64,000 nt of DNA, taken from a virus (lineage: Duplodnaviria > Caudoviricetes). The DNA is taken from IMG/VR virus record IMGVR_UViG_3300025870_000004, positions 1-64,000 of that record. One strand, 5' to 3'. Position numbers and translations under genes: made by a program. This document shows, piece after piece, positions 10,399 to 19,400 of the stretch. Below the pieces are notes generated by a model, which did no database searches, was not told the origin of the DNA, and worked only from the letters and a program-made list of their open reading frames with translations. How positions within the stretch are numbered: position 1 is the stretch's first letter; each line of letters begins with the position of its first letter.

Positions 10399-13300
10399 TT
10401 ATGCAGTTCTTACATAGAGTGTATAAGTCTCAATATTAGTGTCACCAGACCCAATTGTGTTACCAGCATAGTTACCGATGAAAGTTCTTCCGTAATTACC
10501 CAGATAATCGCTAGTATAATTACCTAGATAATTCCCAATAAAGTTTCTAGAATAGTTACCCTCAAAAGTTCTGGTGAAGTCACGAGAATAGTTACCCACA
10601 TAGTTACCCGTAAAGGTTCTTGAGAATGTATCTGAACCCAGATATGTGGAGGTTCTTGTTCTGGTATAGTTTCTTGAGTAGTTACCTTCAAAGTTACGAG
10701 AATAGTTACCAGTAAATGTCTGAGAAGTTCTAGTTGAGGTTCTGGTTGAGTCTCTGGTGTAACCTGTTTCGTTTGCTCTAATTCTTAACAAAACCTCAGT
10801 AGAACCAGGCGTTGCGGTGAATTGAGATACAGTTCCGCTCTGTTCACTACCTTCTTCACCTATACCGAATTCAAGTCCATCTTCAACAGTAAATGTATGA
10901 TAAACTAGAGTTGGGCCACCGTTAGAGGCAGTGCCGCTGAATGTTTGTGATGGTCTACCAACATTATAATCTTCAGGAACAATAATTCTCATCCACTTAT
11001 ATAGTCCCTGCTGTCTCCAGTAGAGTGTAATTTCTGTATCAGGCGGGATTACATTGGCATTAGTGGTTCTGACAGACAATTGACTCGCAAAACCATTCGA
11101 TTTTATTGGATAGTTGTTCACTGCGTAAGAATTAAAGTCCAACGATATCGACATAGAATTACCATCATAGGATAGATATGAAGAAGTGTTGGCGTTTACT
11201 ATATATGTCGGGCCTTCTGTAATCATTATCGAATCGCCATTTGAGTCACGGGCGCTCCAATCTATTCCCTGACCACCATATGTGTCGCCTTCATTTGTCG
11301 TATTAGCAAACCTAGTATAGTTACCAGTAAAGTTACCACTGAAGTTACCTGTAAACTCGTTTGGTGATTGACCAGTTGGCATTATACTCGTGCCAGTTCT
11401 CGTAGAGGTTCTAGTGGATGTTGTCAAAGAAGTCCTTGTGGAAGCTCTCAGGTAATTTTGAGTATTATCTTCAAAAGCATCTTCTTGGAAAGTTGCAGCA
11501 AGTAATGTCTCACCGTAATTATCTTTAAATCTTCGAGCGCCAGGCGTAATATTAGTATCAGCGTTTGTCTCAAGTCTATAACCATGAATCGAGTCTCTGT
11601 CACCACTAGCATGAACAAGTGGTGCATTATTATATCCTTGAGAAATAATAGCACCAGATACATATGCACCAATCGCAGCACTACTATTTGGAGCATCATA
11701 AATGGTCGCGGTGAATACTGAAATACCACCAACGTAATTAGTGAAAGTTGTGCTGCCAGGATAATAACCAATGAAATTGTTTGCGTGTCCAGACGCAACC
11801 GCCATCATATCACTTTTTGCACTGAGCGTTGTAGACTTAAATTCTTTATTGAGGAAAAGAACTCTAATACCAGCACCATACGCTCTCGCTTGACCATCAA
11901 ACTCAACCTCCAATCTAAATTGACGTAATGAATTAAGACTATCTCCGATATTCCCACCGTATATAACCGAATCGTGAGTATATTCTTTCGTTGCGAAGGG
12001 TGAGAACGTCGCAAATGAGAAGAACTCAGTCAAAGTAACATTAGGGGTGAGATTGAACTTACATCCACTGAATTTTGTATACCTACCACCATTCGTTCCA
12101 ATACCACCTGTTACTATGATTGCCTTTGTTCCGACAGGAGCAGTTGTAATTGGTGTGCTGTAGGTTGTGTTAGCCAAATCTCCGTCAGGATTTAGAATAT
12201 GAGTTTCTGTGCCAAGAACCTGTAATGTATTACTATAGATTGTAGTATCTGTGTTGCCTTGTGCAGTCAATACCCTCGGCCCTACAAAGTCGCCAATGTA
12301 GTTACCCACATAGTTACCCTGAAAGTTCCCCGTGTAGTTACCAGAATATGCAGATAGTCTGTCTCTTGTATAAGCACTTGAACGAGTTCTTGAAAAGTCT
12401 CTACTATAGTTACCTTCAAAATTTCTTGTAAAATCATCAGGTGTTGTTCTGGTAAAGTCTCTACTATAGTTACCCAAGAAATCACGAGAGTAGTTACCAA
12501 GATAATCTACTATCCGTGAATAGTTACCTGTGAATGTTGAATCTCGGTTTCTTGAATAGGAAACAGTATTTGTGGAGTTTCTTGTTGATGTTCTTGTGTA
12601 ATTCGCTAGGGAATTTCTTGTGTAACTCGCTGTTGCTTTTTCGGTTTTATAAATACCAACGCCGGCCGCAGGCCCGGCGACGTAGCTACCTCGCCTATAC
12701 TCAACACCATCATAACCAAGAACTTTGTTGGTAAATGCGTCTCTCTCAGCTTGCGTAGAAAAAGTCCTTTGATATTTAGTTTTCAAATTATAATTACCAT
12801 TCTCAGTCCAATTTACTGAGATTCTATAATCGTAGTTTGGCGGGCCGTATACAACCCAGTTACCATATGCACCAGTGCCAGGAGTATTATCTCCAGCCGT
12901 CCACGATGATACATAGTTACCAACATAAGAACTTGATTCATATGGCACTTCTGTAATATTTACATAAATTGTGTAACCACCACTCACTTGTGAATTACTA
13001 AGTCCGACTCCGCTTTGGTCAGTAAAAAGTGTGGTGGGGTTGGTGGATGTGCCGAAAACGCCATAATCTTCATCAAATGTAGTTCCCGATGGCCCCACCC
13101 ATTTCATCACACCACCACCCATCGCCCCACTAGAGACGTTTATCGTAACAGTGAAGTCAGACACACCTGTTCCCGAAACAGTGACAGTTTTGAGACCAGT
13201 GCCAGTGGTAGTAAGTGAACCTGACACCGAAGTTATTTCGGCCACGTTGCGTGAATAATCACCAAGAAAGTTACCCTCATAACTTACCACACGCGAATAG

Positions 13301-14817
13301 TTACCAGTAAAGGTGCTTGCTCGGTTTCTTGTATAGTCGAGTGTTGATTGACGAGTTCTAGTGTAATTACTTGAACGAGTGGTTTCATAGTTTCTTGAAT
13401 ATTCTCCGACAAACCCTACAGAATAGTTACTTTCTCTGTTCACCGTATAGGTATCAATATACGAACTGGAACGAATTCTTGAGTAATCTTTTGAATATGC
13501 ACTAGAACGAGTTCTTGAGTAATTGTCTGAAAAGCTTACCTCGGCCAGTCGTGCATATGTCGATACACGACCTCTTGTATAGTTCGCATCAACGATATTC
13601 TGACGAGTATCGGTTGCAGTTCCCCTTGCAGCCCACGTTCCCGAAAATCCTAAGTCAGTCGGTGTTCCTGATGCAGAACTCAGAAGTTTGTAGTTACCAA
13701 TATTTGTTCCAGCGTTATCACCAGTCGTGCCGAGTCTGTTTCTTGCTCTTAGACCAAGACCCTGTTGAATCTGTCTGTCTGTCATCAACTGAAGACCTTG
13801 ATAGTCCCCGCTGTTTCCACTTGACCTTTTGATTGAAAATGGAAGAACCTGAGTTGGTGCAGATTGTGTCGTTCTCTGATAGATATTATATGCAATTGAA
13901 GAACCGTCAGTTCTCGTGTCGGTCATCACATCTGCTAAGTTGACGGAATAGTCACTACTTGGAGCAGATGAACCAAGACGATATGAACCTAGATAATCAG
14001 AAGTAGCGATTCGACTATTCAATCGGTCAATCAGAACAGTCATATCCGAATCATTGTATTCTCTGATTTTTGATTGGTATATATCTTGGTTTACACCATC
14101 AACATATATGTAGTCATCACCCGCCTGATATTCTTGGTTTGCCTCTGACGAACTATATGCAGTTCCACCGATAGTAACATTTTCAACATTGAATACATAT
14201 GCGCTATCAGCGGTTACATATCTACCAGTTGTAACACCCTTTACAATAGGTGCAGATAATTTTGGTGGTTCGTGTAAGTTGCTTCCAAGAGAAATGTTAC
14301 CACCAGCAACTGCCGTGCCATTAGTATTGATTGAACTTGCACAGAATGTATCAAATACTTTATTTCTACTAGATGGTATTTTTATGGTCAGTGAGTCACC
14401 ACTGACATTACTGATAGTGACATAACCCGCCGCGGCCGCTGGAATAGATGATGGTCTTCCAACCGCGATTGTGCCTCTGTCACTATCATGTTCTCTGAAT
14501 ACAGGAATACGATAGTCACTATCGGCAGGCGTTAGTGTTCCCAGATTTGTTCTCAGTGTAGTGTTAGTCTGAGTGAATGTCAGGAATGAGCCAGGACTAC
14601 CACCCGTTCCAACTGCGGAGTCATAAACAGTGTCAGTGAATGTTCCCGAAATAAATTGTGTCCCGCCACTCGAATCCATCGTAAGGGAGCCGACATCGGA
14701 ACTGTCTCCGTTGATAAGATAATTGCCAACTTGATATGCGAGATAATTTTCTTCGGTTGATGAAAAATCTTGTAAACCAGCACTATCTTTTAGTTTTAGT
14801 GGAACACGAGTAACCAT
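10399..14817 (-). CDS. Virion filament-like protein, paralogue of 8003-10387 with inserted globular domains (1472 aa)
   Basis: Shared motifs SSTEENYLAYQVG, DTRTDGSSIAYNIY, GTWAARGTATDTR and TIGSGDTNIETYTLYVRTA. GNYSRNF repeats are interrupted by three non-repetitive domains. Confidence 0.8.
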   Translation of the reverse strand: MVTRVPLKLKDSAGLQDFSSTEENYLAYQVGNYLINGDSSDVGSLTMDSSGGTQFISGTFTDTVYDSAVGTGGSPGSFLTFTQTNTTLRTNLGTLTPADSDYRIPVFREHDSDRGTIAVGRPSSIPAAAAGYVTISNVSGDSLTIKIPSSRNKVFDTFCASSINTNGTAVAGGNISLGSNLHEPPKLSAPIVKGVTTGRYVTADSAYVFNVENVTIGGTAYSSSEANQEYQAGDDYIYVDGVNQDIYQSKIREYNDSDMTVLIDRLNSRIATSDYLGSYRLGSSAPSSDYSVNLADVMTDTRTDGSSIAYNIYQRTTQSAPTQVLPFSIKRSSGNSGDYQGLQLMTDRQIQQGLGLRARNRLGTTGDNAGTNIGNYKLLSSASGTPTDLGFSGTWAARGTATDTRQNIVDANYTRGRVSTYARLAEVSFSDNYSRTRSSAYSKDYSRIRSSSYIDTYTVNRESNYSVGFVGEYSRNYETTRSSNYTRTRQSTLDYTRNRASTFTGNYSRVVSYEGNFLGDYSRNVAEITSVSGSLTTTGTGLKTVTVSGTGVSDFTVTINVSSGAMGGGVMKWVGPSGTTFDEDYGVFGTSTNPTTLFTDQSGVGLSNSQVSGGYTIYVNITEVPYESSSYVGNYVSSWTAGDNTPGTGAYGNWVVYGPPNYDYRISVNWTENGNYNLKTKYQRTFSTQAERDAFTNKVLGYDGVEYRRGSYVAGPAAGVGIYKTEKATASYTRNSLANYTRTSTRNSTNTVSYSRNRDSTFTGNYSRIVDYLGNYSRDFLGNYSRDFTRTTPDDFTRNFEGNYSRDFSRTRSSAYTRDRLSAYSGNYTGNFQGNYVGNYIGDFVGPRVLTAQGNTDTTIYSNTLQVLGTETHILNPDGDLANTTYSTPITTAPVGTKAIIVTGGIGTNGGRYTKFSGCKFNLTPNVTLTEFFSFATFSPFATKEYTHDSVIYGGNIGDSLNSLRQFRLEVEFDGQARAYGAGIRVLFLNKEFKSTTLSAKSDMMAVASGHANNFIGYYPGSTTFTNYVGGISVFTATIYDAPNSSAAIGAYVSGAIISQGYNNAPLVHASGDRDSIHGYRLETNADTNITPGARRFKDNYGETLLAATFQEDAFEDNTQNYLRASTRTSLTTSTRTSTRTGTSIMPTGQSPNEFTGNFSGNFTGNYTRFANTTNEGDTYGGQGIDWSARDSNGDSIMITEGPTYIVNANTSSYLSYDGNSMSISLDFNSYAVNNYPIKSNGFASQLSVRTTNANVIPPDTEITLYWRQQGLYKWMRIIVPEDYNVGRPSQTFSGTASNGGPTLVYHTFTVEDGLEFGIGEEGSEQSGTVSQFTATPGSTEVLLRIRANETGYTRDSTRTSTRTSQTFTGNYSRNFEGNYSRNYTRTRTSTYLGSDTFSRTFTGNYVGNYSRDFTRTFEGNYSRNFIGNYLGNYTSDYLGNYGRTFIGNYAGNTIGSGDTNIETYTLYVRTA

Positions 14818-14831
14818 GTTATATAACCTCG

Positions 14832-16277
14832 TTAGTTCAGTTGCGTGCCATTTTCATCATAGATAAGTGCTATATCTGCTCTTAGTGCGTTCAATGCATT
14901 GATAACGTTGTTTCTTTCTATTCCCACAAAGTCTGCGTCTAGGTTTGATAAAGAACCTACTCTACTATCTATAAGACTATTGTCAGAGTCAAGTTGGAAA
15001 AGGTCAGTTGCAACAGAATTAATTGCTGTTACAAGATTTGTTCTATCTGCAATTGAACCATCGGTATTAAGAGATGCTAGATTACCTGTTGCACTATCCA
15101 GTAATCTTAACGATGCACCAACATCAGATGCTACAATGTTACCTTGACCCGCAGAGTCAACGGTTGCGCCTAACTCTGTGTGCAGTTCATTGATTGCGCC
15201 ACGTAGAGTTGTCGCAGATGTATCGAGTGCGGCCGCACCGATTTCAGTGTCGTGTTCGTTGATAGCACCAGCAAGTGTCTGTTCTGTAGTTGTAAGTGTT
15301 GCGTCACCAATCTCTTCATCAAGTTCATTTACCGCATCTGATAATGTGGTTGCGGTAGTCGTTAATGTTTGAGTGGGTTCGACCTTTGTGTTAAGTGTGT
15401 CAATCTCCACTTCCAGTTCAGCGATAGCACCACCTACCGTTGAAGCCGTAGTTCCCATCGCACCAGATGTAATCGTTCCAAGTTCTGCATCAAGTTCTAC
15501 GACTGCGCCTGTAAGAGTTTTTGCCGTTGTTGTTAGTGTTGTATGCGGTCTTGCGCCAATGTCACTATCGAGTTCAGCAATGGCACCTGTAACTGTAGAA
15601 GCAGTAGTTCCCATGTCAGAGTCGCCAAGTTCTGCATCAAGTTCATTGACAGCACCCGTGAGGGTTGTTGCAGTAGTCGTTAAAGAATCATTACCCTGAA
15701 CAGCATCCAGTTCGTTTATCGCATCTGATAATGTAGTTGCAGTAGTGGTTAATGTTTGAGCAGGTTCAACCTTTGTGTTGAGTGTATCAATCTCACCTTC
15801 TAGTTCTGCAATCGCACCACCTACAGTAGAGGCAGTAGTTCCCATTGCGAGCGCAGTAATTGTTCCTAGTTCTGCGTCCAGCTCGTTGACAGCACTTACG
15901 ACATCTGTTTTATCTGTCGTGGTCAGGGATGTTACATCACCAACGGCACTATCCAAGAAACGAATTGATTCCCCAATCCTGTTGTTAGTCAGATTGCCCT
16001 TGCCATCTGAGTCTGGAATGATACCCATTTTAGTGTGTAGTTCGTTGACCGCACCTACCAAATCATTGGCACTGGTGTTTAGGTCGGTAGCGACGAGACT
16101 GTTTGATGTTCCTCGGATACCGACTTCGAGTTCGTTAATCGCACCGACTACATCTGAGTCTTGGTTTGTTGTCAGATTTCCTGTCGCACCCAAATCTAAA
16201 GAGATGGTATTGACATCATCTACCAATTGACTAAAGGTATCTGTAATCAGTGTTTGTGTTGGAGTATTTGTTGCCAT
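14832..16277 (-). CDS. Segmented coiled-coil fibre/whisker protein (LTTTAxTLxGAINEL repeats)
   Basis: About 15 AINEL/AVNEL/AIAEL repeats, highly acidic, with an internal ~57-aa duplication. Confidence 0.7.
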   Translation of the reverse strand: MATNTPTQTLITDTFSQLVDDVNTISLDLGATGNLTTNQDSDVVGAINELEVGIRGTSNSLVATDLNTSANDLVGAVNELHTKMGIIPDSDGKGNLTNNRIGESIRFLDSAVGDVTSLTTTDKTDVVSAVNELDAELGTITALAMGTTASTVGGAIAELEGEIDTLNTKVEPAQTLTTTATTLSDAINELDAVQGNDSLTTTATTLTGAVNELDAELGDSDMGTTASTVTGAIAELDSDIGARPHTTLTTTAKTLTGAVVELDAELGTITSGAMGTTASTVGGAIAELEVEIDTLNTKVEPTQTLTTTATTLSDAVNELDEEIGDATLTTTEQTLAGAINEHDTEIGAAALDTSATTLRGAINELHTELGATVDSAGQGNIVASDVGASLRLLDSATGNLASLNTDGSIADRTNLVTAINSVATDLFQLDSDNSLIDSRVGSLSNLDADFVGIERNNVINALNALRADIALIYDENGTQLN

Positions 16278-16486
16278 TACAGTTTCTCTACTAATTTAGT
16301 GAGGAGTTCTTTTATTTCACCAACTTCATTCTTTAATTCTTGGAACTCCGCATCCTTCTGTTTTCTCTTTTTCTTTGCTTCGCGGGCTTTGGATATCTCT
16401 TCCTTATTTATATTAACAATTCCCCCTGTCTCTGGGTCTCTTGCGAGACTGGAGTTACCGTCAACCATAATATATTCTTTCTTCAT
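16277..16486 (-). CDS. Small conserved hypothetical protein of T4-like phages
   Basis: LARDPETGGIVNIN followed by a coiled coil; translationally coupled on both sides. Confidence 0.65.
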   Translation of the reverse strand: MKKEYIMVDGNSSLARDPETGGIVNINKEEISKAREAKKKRKQKDAEFQELKNEVGEIKELLTKLVEKL

Positions 16487-19400
16487 TATACTGCCAGTGC
16501 GATGCCTCTCAAGTCTTTTACTATAGGTGGTGTAGACTGGTTAGTTGTTCTAAACACAAGTTTCAATTGATATTGGGTGAATGAGTTCAAGTCACCACCG
16601 TCACCACCAATCAGATAACGATACTCACGGAAGTTCTCTCTATCAGGAGCAATCGTTGTTTCTGATGACTGAAGTGTCCAGTCTACATCAAAGATATTCT
16701 CACCATCGTTTGCAACTCTGTAATACAGGTCAATGTGAGAACCACTTGGTCTAACCGCAGCAAGAATAACCTTCAGACCAACAGCATCTTCTTCAAGATT
16801 CTGGACTGAAGTATGGTGTTTAGACAATGCAGAACCACCGAAGGCATTCGTCTCTGCCTGATAATTCAGTGGAGCAGTAACATCCTGATTATCAATCAGA
16901 TTAGAAATAGTTGTCAATGATGTTCTCTGAGCATCAATCATCGGCGATACATCTGAACGAGACGTTCCCAAGTCTACCTTGAAGGTAACTGAACGTTCTC
17001 CATTAAGTTTATCGGCCGCCGCTTCGTTTGCAGTCTTGGCAATCAATCGAGGTCTTGGGAATAGATTTTCGTCACCAATCTGAATATCACCTGAGTAGTT
17101 TGGGTCTTTCTGATAACGAGTTTCTGACCCTGCCAGAGAACTACCTGTAGTGAATTTAACACCATATGAGAGGGTTGTATCATCTGGAAGAATAGTTGAG
17201 AAGTTCGGAATCGCAACATCGAAGTTGAGTTGTTGGTCTACAACAATATCCGAACCACCGAAACGACCAGCAGATGTTGATGCACTGTCGGCTTCAAACC
17301 TCAGACCAAACCCATCTACCGCAGTCACGAGACCATTGGGAGCGGTGGGATTCATAATAGATGAACCAAGAATACCGTTATATCTCGTTGCGGAGTCCAG
17401 TCCAGTAATATTAATTGTATCACCCACACTGTAACCGTGATTCGGGAACAACATAGTAACTGTCGCATCTCCACTGTCCGTGAAGAATGGATTGTTTGCA
17501 AGAATTTCATCAGGAACATCTGCATTTTCAAAGACCGCATAACCACCAGCAGTATTGAAGTCTGCTTGATAGATTTTGAATGCAAGGTCTTTGGTTTGGT
17601 CAGGTGTCCAAGTTGAACCATTCTGTGATTTGAACAATGAACCCATTGAAGGTTGACGATTCACACGTTTCTCAGTTGAACCTAACTCAAATGCATAGGT
17701 CTCAGCAACATATGCTTCGTATTCTTTTGACTCTGCCAAGAGAACGATACAGTATTCCGTATTCGGATTCAGGAAGATTGGTTCATCAAACTCAAAGGTT
17801 GTAGGTGCAGCGACAGCAGCAGCCTGTGTCTGTGATGCCGCAGTGTTGACCTCTGATGGTGATAAGAACTTGATTGCATTCGTAATGATATCAGTTGCAG
17901 ATGGTTGACCATTTACAACTGGACGAATCTGCATCTCAATAGGAACAGTCGAGTCTTTTGATTTAAAGAACACATCGACTTTGGTTACGAACATACCCGA
18001 TGGTTTATTCACATAGAAACTCTGTGCGAGTGGGTCGCGTCTTGTAACCTCTGTCCAACGCCTTCTACGAACCGTAGTGATACGAGTGTTAGTAATCGTC
18101 TGTTGTCTCGTATCCAGAGTTCCTTGTGATGTATAGTTTGTTGATGCTCGTGACAATGCACCTGCATCATTATCTATATTGATGTCTAAAAGTTTGAATT
18201 CTCTTGTGCCGCCACGGAACTGAAGTCCACCTTCTTTAGATGGAAGGAAGAATGAACCTTCAATTTTACCATCAGCGTTTGACTCCAGATTGGTTGAACC
18301 TTGTGGGTGTGCAGAACTATTGCGATATCTGTTACCATAACTCAAACTAGTTCCTGATGCGAACCTTGTGAAAGTCTCTTCACGACAATATGCACTCACA
18401 TCTCTTCCATCAAAGAATGGGAAGTAGCGAGTGTTTGGACGCATACCTTCTGCACGGAACATAATCTTACGAGACCGCATGAATGGCAGGAATGTCAAGG
18501 AGACTGTTCTGTCACCTGTTACCTTACGAGTAGTTCTTTCACTAACAACAACTCTTTGTTCAAAGGTTGTTTGTTGCCATCTTCCACCTAAACGTCTGGA
18601 TTCAACAGTGCGAACACCATTGACATTCCATGTTGGAACACTCAACCAACCACCAAATAGGTTCAGACCTCCAAGAAAACCAAAACCAGCGATTGGCACC
18701 CATGATGCAGGTTGCCATGTCCATGCACTACCAGCTGCTCTTCTTCTGTTGCTTGCTGTGCCTCTTCCCAATCTACCTTCGTTGAGAACGCCGAGGTCTT
18801 CGGTTGCAGTTTTATTGATTACATTTGCTGGTTTATATTTCGTCTGAAACCACTCATCAGAAGCAGGAGATAGTGTGAGACTACCCTCACCCGTGATAAC
18901 GGCAAATGGGTTTACATTCTCAGCACCAGAAATAGTTGTCTGAGAGATTGCAACACTTTCTGTGTAATTTAGATAAACGTTGTCACCCTTCAGGATTGTA
19001 TTACTTGATTTAGAATGGTCATATACTAGATTAATATTATTATCTTCTGTTTGACTACTCAGAAGACCCCTTGACGGGTCAATCGCAGAACGGTTTTCTT
19101 CGTTCTCTGTGTCTGTAAATGAACGGTCAGCAAAGTTGTCAACAAAGAAACCAGACTTACTGCGTGGACTACCTGATGAATCAAGAACTAATAGTGAAGA
19201 GGTGTCAACTTCAAGCAAAGACAGTGAGGTCACTTCTTCTAATCTATCAACACGTTTTTCCAGATTGTTGATGTCTGCCATCGTAAATCGTTTTGCTTCC
19301 AGTGGAGTCATACTCACATCAGAGTCATGGAGACCATATGCGTTGTGTTCTAACAGGAAGAGACCCAGAGTGTTCTCTGGTGTTTGTGGGAACTGGGCAT

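Noticed and set aside
8003-14817. Near-identical 3' ends of the two paralogues as a DGR template/variable repeat pair
   Set aside because: Differences are not adenine-specific, both copies are coding, and there is no reverse transcriptase in the window.
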